This document shows positions 23,003-33,830 of a stretch of 34,890 bases of DNA, piece after piece (position 1 is the first letter of the stretch; the number at the start of each line of letters is the position of its first letter). The notes beneath the pieces are model-generated. The model was not told the origin of the DNA. It saw only the letters and a program-made list of their open reading frames with translations, and did no database searches. Where the stretch lies: NCBI GenBank assembly GCA_900088475.1, contig FLMG01000104.1:1-34890 (forward strand), given 5' to 3'. A program made the translations under genes and the position numbers. This DNA is from Hyphochytrium catenoides (lineage: Eukaryota > Protista > Hyphochytriomycota).

Positions 23003-25564
23003 CTAGAAATAAAAGACGACGTCTACATCTCTTGCTGGTCCATAGATCCCAAGCCCCACTTTTCCATAATCTAAAGGTGGGATCTGAACTTCCTCTTCTC
23101 CTCTTTCTTCTTCGCTCTCTCTCTTCCCCGCTATCTCGGGTTTCTTAGGGAGAGAAAGGAGGAGAAAGGCCAGGAAAGCTTTGATCTCATTCTTTGCCCA
23201 GTGGCGGCCAGGGCAGAGGCTTCTCCCTGCGCCGAAGGGATTGTAGCTGGCCTTGAGCATCTCATGAGCCGGACGGGAGGAGGAGCAGAAACGATCAAAC
23301 CTGAGCGGGGAAGAGAAAGAGAGAGAGAGAAACAAAAAGAGAACGAGCGGGGCAAGAAAAAGAAAGAGAAGAGACCAAGTAGAGGGACAGAAGGAAAAAA
23401 CAAGAAAGGGAGAGAAAGTGGGATGTTAGGCACACCCGGAGCAAGAGAGAGCGCGCTCTGGCCCAGCGGAGGTAGGAGGAAATAAGAGAGAGAAAGAGAG
23501 AGAGAGAAAGGGAAGGAAACGTACACACAGTAGAAGAGAGAGGGAATAGAAGACCTACAGCAGACACCCAACGGAGCAACCACAAGGAAACAGCAACAAA
23601 GAATTAGTTGGGATTAGAGGGAGAGAAAGAGGGAGAGAAAGAGAGAGAGAAAGAGAGAGAGAAAAAGAGAGAGAGAAAGATCCTTGTGTTTTCTTACTTG
23701 AAGGTCTCAGGATCAGGAAACAGTGTCTTGTCCATATGACCATTGGCCGCGTGGATGATCACTCTCTCTCCTTTTTTCAGCCGGAAGCCAGCTTTCTCTC
23801 CCGGCACACTTCTTTCCTTCTCTTTCTCCTCTTCTCTCTCTTTTTGGAGAGACGGAAGAGAGATAAACGTGTCTGTCACAGCTTCTCTCACAATGAAAGA
23901 GCCGCTAGAAAGGCGCATCGCCTCATTAATTGCAGAGTCAAGCTTCACGAGACGAGAGAGATTCTCTCTGCCCCATCTTTCCTCTTCTTTCTCTCTCTCT
24001 CGCGCTTCCCCGTCTCTTCCTCCTTCTTCTCCCAGCACTTCTCTCACTTCTTCTCTCAGTGTCTCCCATATCTCGTCTCTCTCTCTCAAGAGAAAGACAA
24101 GCGTCCAGAAGGCAACAGGGATCGTGTTGGCCTGGGAAGCCCATAAAAGTCCCAGAAACTCCTCAGAAGTATTGTCTTTCCCGGACTCGCTGGTATAAAT
24201 GTTAGGCTTAGAGCGCATGAAGTTGACTCGCGCCTGGATGAGAGAAGAAGAGAGAGACTCGCCGCCGGAAGAGAGAAAGGAAGAGACATGGTCTACCTGT
24301 GGATCAAGAGAGAAAAGGGGGAAAACAGTGAGAGGAGGAAGGGGAGATAGTAAGGGAGACAAATAAAGCAGAGAGATAGTGAGCATAGCGAGCAATGAGA
24401 GAGAGAGAGACACAGGAGAGAGAGAGTGTAGAAGGGAGAAAGAGAGAGAGAGGGAGACAGAGAGATGAGGAAGAAGGAGAGAGAAGTTGGGAAGGCAGAC
24501 AGAGAAAAACAAGGAGAGAGAGGAGAGAAATTGGGGAAGCGGAAGAGGAAGGGAGAGAAGGAGAGAGAAAACAGAGCGAGATACGGAAGAAAGGAGATCT
24601 GTAATAGCACCGGGAAAAAGAGGAAACGTCACAGAGAGAGAGAGAGGAGATTGGCCAGAGTGAGACAGTAACTGGGGACAGAGAGAGGAGGGGAGAGAGA
24701 GAGAGAGAGAGACCCTAAGAAAGAAAGCCTTACAATGTTAGTTCTAGCTTTCATTCCGTTCCTTAGTAGAAGAGAAGCGCCGGGTAGCCCGTTGGCAAGA
24801 AGAGAGAAAACGCTGTCAAATGCCTTGAAGTCCTGCAACAGACCAGGAGAGAGAAACTTCTCCCCAAAGAGAGCGATCACGCCTGCCTCAAACATCACTC
24901 TCTCCACCCACTGATAGAGAGGAACACGGAGAGACGAAGAAAGAGAAGAAGAGGAAGAAGAGAAAGAAGAAGAAGGGGAAAGAGAGAAGAGAGAAGGCAT
25001 CTCTCTCTTCAGGATCCGCCGTATCTCTTTCACACTCTTTCTCGTTAATTCGTCCAGTCCTTTGCCCCCTAAAAACTGTATAAAATGACTGTGAATGGCG
25101 GCAAAGTGCTCGCCTTTCTCGTCCGATCTTCTTGCCGCCACGTCTGGCTCCATGGCAAAAGCATTTCTGCTTATTTCTTGGACGATGGGAGAGAAAGAGA
25201 CATCGCGAGAGAGAAGAAAAGAAGAGAAATCTCTCGGTTCAACGAGGAAACTCATCCTCTTTCCTGCGAGAAGCAGAGAGAAACATGATCCGAATCTCTC
25301 TTGGCAGAGAGAGAGAAACGCGGGCGGGTTAGCGCCAAAAGAGAAAGCAGAGCCTAGGATAGGGAAAGTGTATGGAACGCGAGGAAGAAGAGACTGATCT
25401 CTGGCTCTCTTTCTTATGTTGGCATCGGTTTGAAAGAATGGATGGTAGAGAGAGAGAAAGAGAGAGAGAAATGATGCGAGAGCTGCAGTGAAGACGAGAG
25501 GAAGGACGTAGATGAGAGAGAGACTATCGCTGTCAACGAGGAGAAGGAGAGAGTTGAGCACCAT
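23003..25564 (-). CDS. CYP7: Cytochrome P450, CYP7 clan (sterol 7-alpha-hydroxylase-like), 3 exons: 25564-24734, 24296-23698, 23300-23003; 575 aa
   Basis: N-terminal membrane anchor, PILGSAFSFGANPPAFL, I-helix LLWASQANTIPVAFW (CYP7A-type WASQANT), K-helix ExxR in LDSAINEAMRLSSGS, meander PETFK/FDRF formed by splicing, heme motif PFGAGRSLCPGRHWAKNEIK, and C-terminal PPLDYGKVGLGI. Introns are GTAAG...CAG in phases 0 and 2. Exon sum 831+599+298=1728 nt keeps frame to TAG. Orthology to a specific subfamily is not established. Confidence 0.93.
23301..23697 (-). other. Spliceosomal intron 2 of the P450 gene (397 bp)
   Basis: Donor AA|GTAAGA at 23697, acceptor ccccgctcAG|G at 23301. Splicing restores PETFKFDRF. 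Confidence 0.9.
24297..24733 (-). other. Spliceosomal intron 1 of the P450 gene (437 bp)
   Basis: Donor ATT|GTAAGG at 24733, acceptor ccacAG|GTA at 24297. CT-rich interior, phase 0 joins the two ORFs. Confidence 0.85.
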
Positions 25565-25786
25565 CTTTCTTCTCTCCCTCTTCTTGTTTCTACGTAGAGA
25601 AGAGACAGAGAGAGAGAGATGCTGAGAAAATTGACAAGTGATGGTGCTTTTAGCTTTCAAGTTGCTGTCGCTCGCCTCTCTTTCTCCCGTAACTCCTCTA
25701 TGTTGACTCTTCCTTTCTCTGAGATATCAAGAGGCTCTACAATCATTCCCTGAGAGTACGATAAGAATCTGCCCTGTCTGTAGCCA

Positions 25787-25825
<39 letters not shown>

Positions 25826-26433
25826 TCTTTCTCTTTCTCTTTCTCTTTCTTTTTCTCTTCTCTCTCTCTCTCTCTCGCTCTCTCCCCCGCTCTCTCCCTC
25901 TCTCCCTCTCTCCTCTCTTCTCCTTTTCTCTTCTTTCTCTCCCTCTCTCTCCCTTCCTTCTCTCTCCTCCTTTCTCTCTTCTTTCTCTCTCACTCTCTCC
26001 CTTCCTCCTCTTTCTCTCTTCCTATTTTTTCTCTCTCTTCTCGCCTTCCTTCATCTCTATATCCTTTCGCTCTTTGTATCCTTGTCTCCTTGTGTCACTT
26101 ATCTCTCTCTCTCTCTCTCTCTCTCTTTTCCTCTGTCTGTGTCTCCTCCCACTTATTCTTTTTACCCCGGTGTGCCTTCCTCCATCTCCACCTTGTTTTT
26201 GCTCATCTCGGGCCAGCTTGACCCTTCGCTTTGCATTCTTCTTGGATAACTCGACGGTGTGGAAAGAGAGAGGGAAAAGCGAGAAAGAGAGACAGAGAGA
26301 GAAGAAGAGAGAGAAAGAAGAGAGAAGGAACCAAGGCCAAAAGCGGCTGAATAATTCTACGAATCATGTCTCCATTGACTATACAGTACTAGTGCAAGCC
26401 CAGTTTTCTCCTCACCGTCCTTCTCTTCCTTCC

Positions 26434-26464
<31 letters not shown>

Positions 26465-27659
26465 GCCATCTCTTCCGCTTGATGAGAGTAGTAGAGATCA
26501 CAGAAGATAGGGAGAGGTAAGAAGAGACAAAGAGACAGCGAAACAGTGGAGAGAGAGACAGGAAAGTAGAGAGGCAGTAGAGAGAGAGAGAAACAGAGAG
26601 GAAAAAGCGGGCAAAGGAAGAGAGAGAAAGAAAGAGAAGGAGAGAGAGAGAAAAAAAGCTAAAACAGAGGCGGATTGGAGAGAGACTAACAGGTAAACAA
26701 GGAGCAGATGATGAGAAGCACTATCTCCACCAGAGAAGAAGAGAGTTATCATCTGCGAATAAAAGAAAGAGTCAAACAGGGAGAGAGGGAGAGAAAGAGA
26801 GACAGAGAGAGAAAGAGAGATAGAAGAAGAGTGAGAAAATAAGAGTGTAAGAGGAGGGTGGGAAGGCTAAGATTCTGGACGTTGATGGACTCTGGGGACG
26901 CCCCGACTGCAGAGAAACAATCATTCTCTCTTATCTACTTATTATTCTCTGCACGCTGCACCTGAGAGAGAAGGAAAGGATGTGCTGCATGCGCTGGCGT
27001 CTGCTCTTCTTCTTCTCTCTCTTTATGACTCGATGATATAAAGGGAGAGAGAGAAATTTAGGAGAGAAGAACGGAACGTCACTTCTGATTATTGGCCTGT
27101 GTCCTAGTAATAGTAGACAGAGCAAGAGAGGGGCAGAAATCAAGAATTTTTTTTATAATAGAAGAGAGACGAGCAGGAAGGGAGGCAAGAGAAACAGAGA
27201 TCGAGAGGAAGAGAGTGTTTCGAAGGAAGAGAAATAGAATATTATAAGACAGACAAGAAGGTGAGATAAAAGCGACAGAGCGAGAGAGAGAAAAAAGAGG
27301 AAGAGAGGTGGAGAAACAAAAAACAGGTTCTACAGTAGAGAGGTTAAAAAAGAAGGAGGAAAAGAGGAAAGAGGGAACGAAAGATACAATGAGAGAGGTG
27401 GGGAAAGAGAGAATGAAAAAGAAGAGAGAGCCAGAAACAGAGAGAGACACAGAGAGAGAAAGGCAGGAGAGAGACACACAGGGAGAAAGGGAGAAAGGCA
27501 GACACACAGAGAGAGAGAGAGAGGGAGAGAGAGAAGGAGAAAAAGATAAAGGAGAGAGAGAGAGAGGGGTAATACGGTAGAACTACCACTACCAAAGGAT
27601 GGGCCTGGGATCGGCAGCGTGCAACACGCTCAGGCATTGATTCTTAGGCGAAAAAAGAA

Positions 27660-27778
27660 CTTGGACATGGACCGCTTCTCATTTGGTCCCGCTACAGGGT
27701 TAACTAGTCTTTAGTCAAACCTATTCTTTGATCCGTTAGTAGGGACCGGTTGAAGTGGTCCGTATGAAGAGGTCCAAG
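27660..27778. repeat. Imperfect inverted repeat / hairpin (~120 bp)
   Basis: cttggac..atggaccgcttc..tggtcccgctac versus the reverse complement of gtagggacc..gaagtggtccgt..gtccaag: three colinear complementary blocks. Confidence 0.5.
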
Positions 27779-28269
27779 ATATTTCTCTTCTTCTTATTGG
27801 AGGCGGAGGCGACCGAGGCGGAAGAGGAAGGAGAAAGATAGGAAAGGGAGAAAAGAGCAGACTTCAACCTGATGCGCTGTATAAAAGAGAATAGAGCGGT
27901 TCTCTAGTTTGACGCTCTCTCTTTTTCTGCTTGAAAGGCTCCAGCAGTTCTTCCCCATTCACAGCTATTAAAGGCAGCCTTCTGTCTGCTTCCTGCTGGG
28001 AAGGTTCTCCGAGAGGACTGTACGCCGTCTGTCATAGTCTATACGGTTCTTCATGGAGCGAGAGGTAGTAGATAATAACATGTTAAAAAATAATCTCAAT
28101 TGCTGTGCTGGTTCATCTCATTCAGACCTATAGAGCTTCAGAGGAGTTACTGAAGTTTGATAACGCTAATGAGATTGTCACGTCACCGTGGCATGACTTC
28201 AAGCGAGCTCGAGAGTAATCGGCATCGCGTGCGGAAGTGAGCACCTGAGGGTTGTAACTTGTTGGTCCA

Positions 28270-28560
28270 CTTTCAGCCGCCATCGTGCTTCGAGAACAGA
28301 GTAGCAGCGGCACTACTACTTGGCCTCTGCTATTGTTAGTGTCATGGTTCTGTTGTGGACGACACGATAGTTCTTCTTTTTGGCTTTTTCCTCGTTGAGG
28401 CTTTCTTCCTTCCTGATACGGGGGGGAAACACTAGGAAGTAGCGCATGTGGATCTATGGCCTAGGAGGCAAGTTCTGTTGTGCAGCATGCGCGAAGAAAG
28501 GGTCCATCATCATCTTGTTCTTCTTCTAAAGAAGGGATAGCAATAACAACAAGATTGGGA
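28270..28560 (-). pseudogene. Decayed low-complexity coding fragment (acidic patch, basic NLS-like run, broken poly-Gln)
   Basis: Minus strand reads SLEEEQDDDGPFL..., then after a shift at the G7 run (28420-28426) PPVSGRKKASTRKKPKRRTIVSSTTEP*H*Q*QRPSSSAAAT. The stop-containing codons are cca TGA cac TAA caa TAG cag. Confidence 0.45.
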
Positions 28561-28674
28561 GGGGGCGGTGAGGGTGAGAAGAGCGCGGGTTAATTAAGGC
28601 GGACAGCGAGAAAGGGCCAAGGTGTCATCCTAGGCCCTGGGGTATGTCTGGAATGGGCTGGTCACGTCCTACGA

Positions 28675-29014
28675 GTACAAGTAACTGTAAAAAGGTAAAA
28701 CAGTTCTTAGCCTGCTGTACTTGTAGTTGTACCTGTTATATTCTAGCATAACAAGTACTTTCATCGAGTACACCAAGTACTACTGTATGATACACAGAAA
28801 AGTACTTGTACGTATATCTGCTGTAATTGAGGACTTGTAGATATATAGATTTATATTATACCTGTAACAAGTACTCTACAAGTACATATAAAGCAGTTCT
28901 TTACAAACAAGTTGAGATGCAAGTTTCTGTCTTTGTACTTGACTTCTGTAAAACAGTAATACTGAAGTACTTGACCTACGGTACTTCTACTTGTCACCCT
29001 GCTTTGCCCTGTAC
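28675..29014. repeat. AT-rich island of dispersed (ACAA)GTAC(TTGT) motifs
   Basis: 14 GTAC sites in 340 bp (28675, 28717, 28729, 28755, 28768, 28777, 28802, 28808, 28871, 28882, 28935, 28967, 28981, 29011), mostly as AAGTAC or GTACTT. Confidence 0.8.
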
Positions 29015-30525
29015 TTATATAGATATCAAGTATCTTCATGGTAATGTAATCAATCCATCAGGTCCAAGGAACCGCATGCTCTATCGCCTGCACCAACGCC
29101 CATAAAAGAGAGGTTATAAACAAAGAAAACGCAGGTGATCCTCCTTTCTAACTCCCGTCATGCTTGCTTTGGTTATCGTTGAAGAGTAGAAAGATACTTT
29201 CTCTGTCTTGCAAAGGTAGAGTGATCTAGCTCCTCTCCATTTTGACCTCAGAAGATGAAGAAGACGAAGTAGAGAGTAGGGCAATACTCCTATTCGCTCT
29301 TCGAAGCTAAGGCCGTTTATAGGGGACCTAAGAGGCGGAGCTACCTGACCCTCTGCTCAGACGTCTTGTGTCCGCCCAACAAAAAAAAAAGGTTCCAGTG
29401 AGAGCATTAGTATAGAGCTTCATGGTTGATAGCGTCATAGGATTATCAGTCTGGTGGGTAGAGAGTAAAAGCCTATCCCAGTCTTACGTCCCACTCGAAG
29501 AGCAAAGAGATCCATAAGAGGAGCAGGGCTTCATAGCTGACAGCCTTGATAGGGTCACATATTTTGGAGAGCAAGCACCAAGAAGTTGCAGAAATAGATA
29601 CTTATTAGAAAGTGAGAGAATAAGACTTATACTTGAAACAGACAAATCGTAGTAGGCAAGAAGTCATTGTAAGGATACTGGCAGTGACATTGTAGATGAC
29701 TGACAGTACTTGCTACTTACTATTCTAAACTTAAATATAGTCTTAGGTCAAGGATGCAAAATTTTGCTGGCCAAAGCCTCCGCAATCTCTCTCTCTCTGT
29801 CTCTCTCTCTGTGTGAGTGTGTCTCTCTCTCTCTCTGTCTCTCTCTCTGTGTGAGTGTGTGTCTCTCTCTCACTGTCTCTCTCACTGTGTGGGTTCTCTA
29901 TCTTTTGCTATCTTTCTCTATCTTTCTTTCTCTCTCTCTCCCTCTCTTTCTCTCTCTCTCTATCTCTCCCTCTCTCTTTTTCTCTCTCTTTTTCTCCTTT
30001 CTTCCGTCTCCCAGGACCTTCTCCTCTCTTTCCCTTTCTCTCAGTGTTGCGTCCTTACCCTGCATAGAGGCCATGCGCGACCCACTAAAACCCGTTCTGT
30101 TGGGCCCGGTGGGACCCAGCGAGACCCATAATATAGCTCGTCCTATAGAGAAGAAAGAAACTACGGAAGAAAGACGAAAGGGCATTAGTAGAGGGGCAAA
30201 ATGGGAATAGAGAGATCGGCGATCTCACAGAGAGAGAGAGAAAGAGGAAACAAGAGAGAGGGAGAGAACGACAAGGATGGAGAGAAAAAAGCGTCAGGAT
30301 CACTTCGAAGCTCTCTCTCTCAAGACAGGCTTTGCTCCCGTGTATCCTTTCTCAAAGAAGGAATGACACCTTCTCTGTCGCACTCCCAATCCAAGAAAGG
30401 CTCAACTTCTCCAAGCTGACGCCAACGAATCTTTTGCTCTCACTCTTTGTCTCACTGTCTTTCCCTGTTCCCTCCATCTCTTCCTTCTTTCCATCTCTTT
30501 CTCTTAGCCTTGGATTGTTCATGAC

Positions 30526-30557
<32 letters not shown>

Positions 30558-30829
30558 NNNNNNNNNNNNNNNNNNNNNNTCTCTCTCTCTCTCTCCCCCT
30601 TCCTGCTCTCTCTTACTCTCTTGCTAGAATCTCTTTGTCATACCGAAGAGCGGGCGCTGCCGCAGTTCGCGGCGCCCTCGCACATGTTAGGACATTTCCT
30701 TCATGTTATGCGAAGAACTTCAGTCGTCATTGCCAAGAACCCAGGAGCAAAGAGAAGAGAAAAAAGAGAGAAGAAGGCGCCGTAGCTAGAGAAAGAGAGA
30801 GATAGTGGGGCAAGGTAGTTGGTTTCTTG

Positions 30830-30856
<27 letters not shown>

Positions 30857-30860
<4 letters not shown>

Positions 30861-32287
30861 GGCTCCCCACCGTTCTTATCTTTCTTGCTCTCCTCTTCTT
30901 TCTCTCTTCCTCCCCTCAAACATCAGCATTAGAAGCCGAAAGAGAGAAAAGCAGTATCTTAGGGAGGAGAGAGAGAAGAGAGAAAAGAGTTCTTCAGGGT
31001 AATCTCTCTCCCCCGCCGCTTCCTGCTCCCTCTCCTTCGAAGCGGCGTCCAACTAAACGTCCTCCTCATAAGACTCCGGCTCCTTCGCTCGCTCCCACTC
31101 CTCAGAACGGACCGGGGCGCCCTGTGCCTTCTCCCGCGCCTTCTCCTCTTCCGCCTCTCTCTCCTCTCCCGCTCATTCCCCAACATGAAGAAGAGAAGAA
31201 GCCATCTGCTCCTCCAAGTTTCTCTCCTGACCCGTCTTCGGGTTCCTCTCCTTCTCCGAAAGAGAAAGAAGCAGATGGAAGAGGAGACGGAAGCTCCTCT
31301 TCTTCTTCGTCGTCTTCAGAAGAGAAGGATGATCTTGTCTCTCCTGGAGAAGAAGAAGAAAACCAAGAAGAAGATGTATCATCTTTTTCTCTCTCCTCGG
31401 GTGCTTCCAGTGTTTCCGCTCTCTCAGCGGGAAAACAATCGTCGTCTTCTTCTACCGCAAAGACTGTTCTTAGCAAAGGAGGAAAGGATCAACTGCAGGG
31501 AAAGACGGAGAAGAACCTTTCAGGAGAGAGAGAGAAGAACGGCCTCTCTCTCTCTCCTGACGACTCGAGCTCTTCTCCTCTTCTAGACAACCCAGAAATG
31601 GAAGGGAGAGAAGATGAAGAAGGTTCTGTAAGAGGCAAAGGAGAAGGAGAGATAGGAAATGGCAACGATCCTGCTTCTCTCTCTCCAAATCAGGCGATTT
31701 CCTCCGACTCTTCATCTTCTTCTTCTTCTTCCTGGACTATTTCAGCAGCAGTCGGAGGAGGAGTGGCTCTACTTCTCGTCTCTCTCTTTGCTCTCTATCG
31801 GAAAAGATCCCAAGAGAGAGAAATTGTAGTGAGAGAGACTTCTCTTTGGGATGAGAAAGAGAGAGGACCAGCGGAAGTCGGTAGTGGAGAGAAGAAAAAA
31901 GAAAGAGAAGAAGGAGAGAACGTCATCCAGTTCTCTTCTACCTCTCAGTATGCGACTATTTACTCTCCTGGTACTGCCATGGAGGCGAGAGAGACAGAGG
32001 CAGAAAAGAAAGAGAGACTGCCCGTATTTCCTGTCTCTTCCACTCCTGAATCTGTCCCTTTCCCTCCTTCCGCAAGAAAGACGGTGCGATTTTCTGATCG
32101 GGTAAGCTGTATGGAGGTCATTATCGGAAAAGAAGAGAGAGAGAAAGAACATGAAGAGAAAGAGCAGAGAGAGAGAAAGGAAAGAAGTAACGGATTCTTC
32201 GGTGCACGAACCAGTTCGAAAGCCAGTGCCAAACTTAGTTTCTCTTCTTCCACGGGGGGCATGGAGAGAACAACGTTGTGGTTGTGA
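30857..32287 (+). CDS. Type I single-pass membrane protein (476 aa) with Pro/Ser/Glu-rich ectodomain
   Basis: ATG 30857, signal peptide MRLPTVLIFLALLFFLSSSPQTSA, RVLQ, Pro-rich stalk (PTKRPPHKTPAPSLAPTP) and Ser/acidic region. TM WTISAAVGGGVALLLVSLFALY (~31733-31798) is followed by stop-transfer RKR and a ~160-aa cytoplasmic tail. TGA at 32285-32287. Confidence 0.82.
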
Positions 32288-32840
32288 GAAGATGAGGGAG
32301 AAAGAAAAAGAGAGAGAGAGCGAGAGAGAGGGAGAGAGAGAGAGCATCTTGTGTGTGGAGTACAGAAGACACGCAAGGTCGAGTAGGATCTGTCTGCTTG
32401 TCTCTTTCTTTCCTCGTTTTCTTGCTCAACAAGACAGGGAGGCAAAGATTTTATAAAGGAAAAATAATGGACATGGAAGAGCTTAACACGAAGACAAACT
32501 AGGGAAGAGAGAGAGAGACTGGAAGAGAGAGAGAGAGAGACTGGAAGAGAGAGAGAGAGAGTTTGTGGACGAGAAAGAGGGCGTACCACATCTCCAAACA
32601 GTGTCGAGCAGAAAGGGAAAGAAGAGATAGGGAAAGCAAGGAAGAGAATTATAGAACTGAGTAAAAAAAGAAAAGAGAGAGAGAGAGAGAGCACGTGCAA
32701 GACGTATAACTGTTCAAGCCAACTAACATCAGTCTGAGAAAAAGTCGAGACAGATCACAGAAGGAGAGAGAGAAAGAGTAGGTTAAGAACGTATGACACT
32801 ATTCACCCGCCACCATCAGAAAAGAAGAGAAAGAAGGAAT

Positions 32841-33180
32841 GGAGAAGCAAGAGTCATTTATTAGAGAAAAGGTAGAGATACGCAATAGAAGGAGAGAGAC
32901 ATCATCGTCAGAGAGAGAGAGAAAGAGAGATAGATAGGAGGTGGGGGAAAGCAAGAGTCATCTTCTGCCTGATTGAGAAAGGTAAAGAGACATCGTAGAA
33001 GAAGAGAGAGACTGATGCAAAGAGAGAGAGAGAGAGAAGAAGTGGGACAGCGAAAGTCATCTACGTAAGAAAGTGTTAAGAGACATTGTGGTGGTAGAGA
33101 GAGAGAGAGAGAGAGAGAAAAGAAGAAGTGGGGAAGCAAGAGTCATCCTGCCTGAGAAAAAAGTAAAGAGACATCATCAT
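32841..33180. repeat. Degenerate minisatellite, ~90-100-bp unit x4, with (GA)n spacers
   Basis: Units begin at ~32841, 32941, 33042 and 33128 with consensus gtggggaagcaagagtcatc...gagaaa..gtaaagagacatc. Confidence 0.75.
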
Positions 33181-33422
33181 TTAAAGAAATGAAGAGAGAC
33201 AGCATGAAAAAGAGAGAGAGAGAGGGAGATGAAGTCTGACATCTCTCACTCCGGTGAGACGGGAAAGCGGAGACAACGAAGGCACTCTACTGGAAAAACT
33301 CTTTCTCTTATAGATTCTCTATGGCAAGAGATTCTCTTCTTCCTCTTTTCTTTCTTATTTTCTTCTCTCTTGTCTCATTTCTATCTTTGCTTATATCGTC
33401 TAAGACTCTTCTCTTGCCTGCA

Positions 33423-33784
33423 CTACTCAAGAACGTCCTCTCTCCACAAATTCCCTCTTCTCTCTTCCCTTCCCCTGCTGGCCCCAACAGCAATCTCCTC
33501 CTCCTGCAGATTATCCTCTATGAACAACTCTTTGGTTGATAACTGTTCGATAGCTTCTCTCCCTCTCTCTGTCTCTCCCTGTCTCTGTCTCTGTCTCTGT
33601 CTCTCTCTTTCTTTTTCTTTCTCTCTCATTCCAAGCGACAGAACAAATTTGAAGCTTTTATTATGCAGAGGAAGAATGCGGAGACAAGGGCCCAACCTGG
33701 ACGGTGATGTTTCTGAGGACAATAACTTAGCTTTTCGTGGGTCAGACCTGAGACCGGGGCTTGCGCTGTAGGGAGGGAAAGGAA

Positions 33785-33830
<46 letters not shown>

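Noticed and set aside
25565-25660. N-terminal extension of the P450 ORF
   Set aside because: It begins at a non-ATG codon. The first ATG at 25564 directly precedes the membrane anchor expected for a microsomal P450.
32841-33180. CRISPR-like repeat-spacer array
   Set aside because: Eukaryotic context, degenerate repeats, low-complexity spacers and no cas genes.
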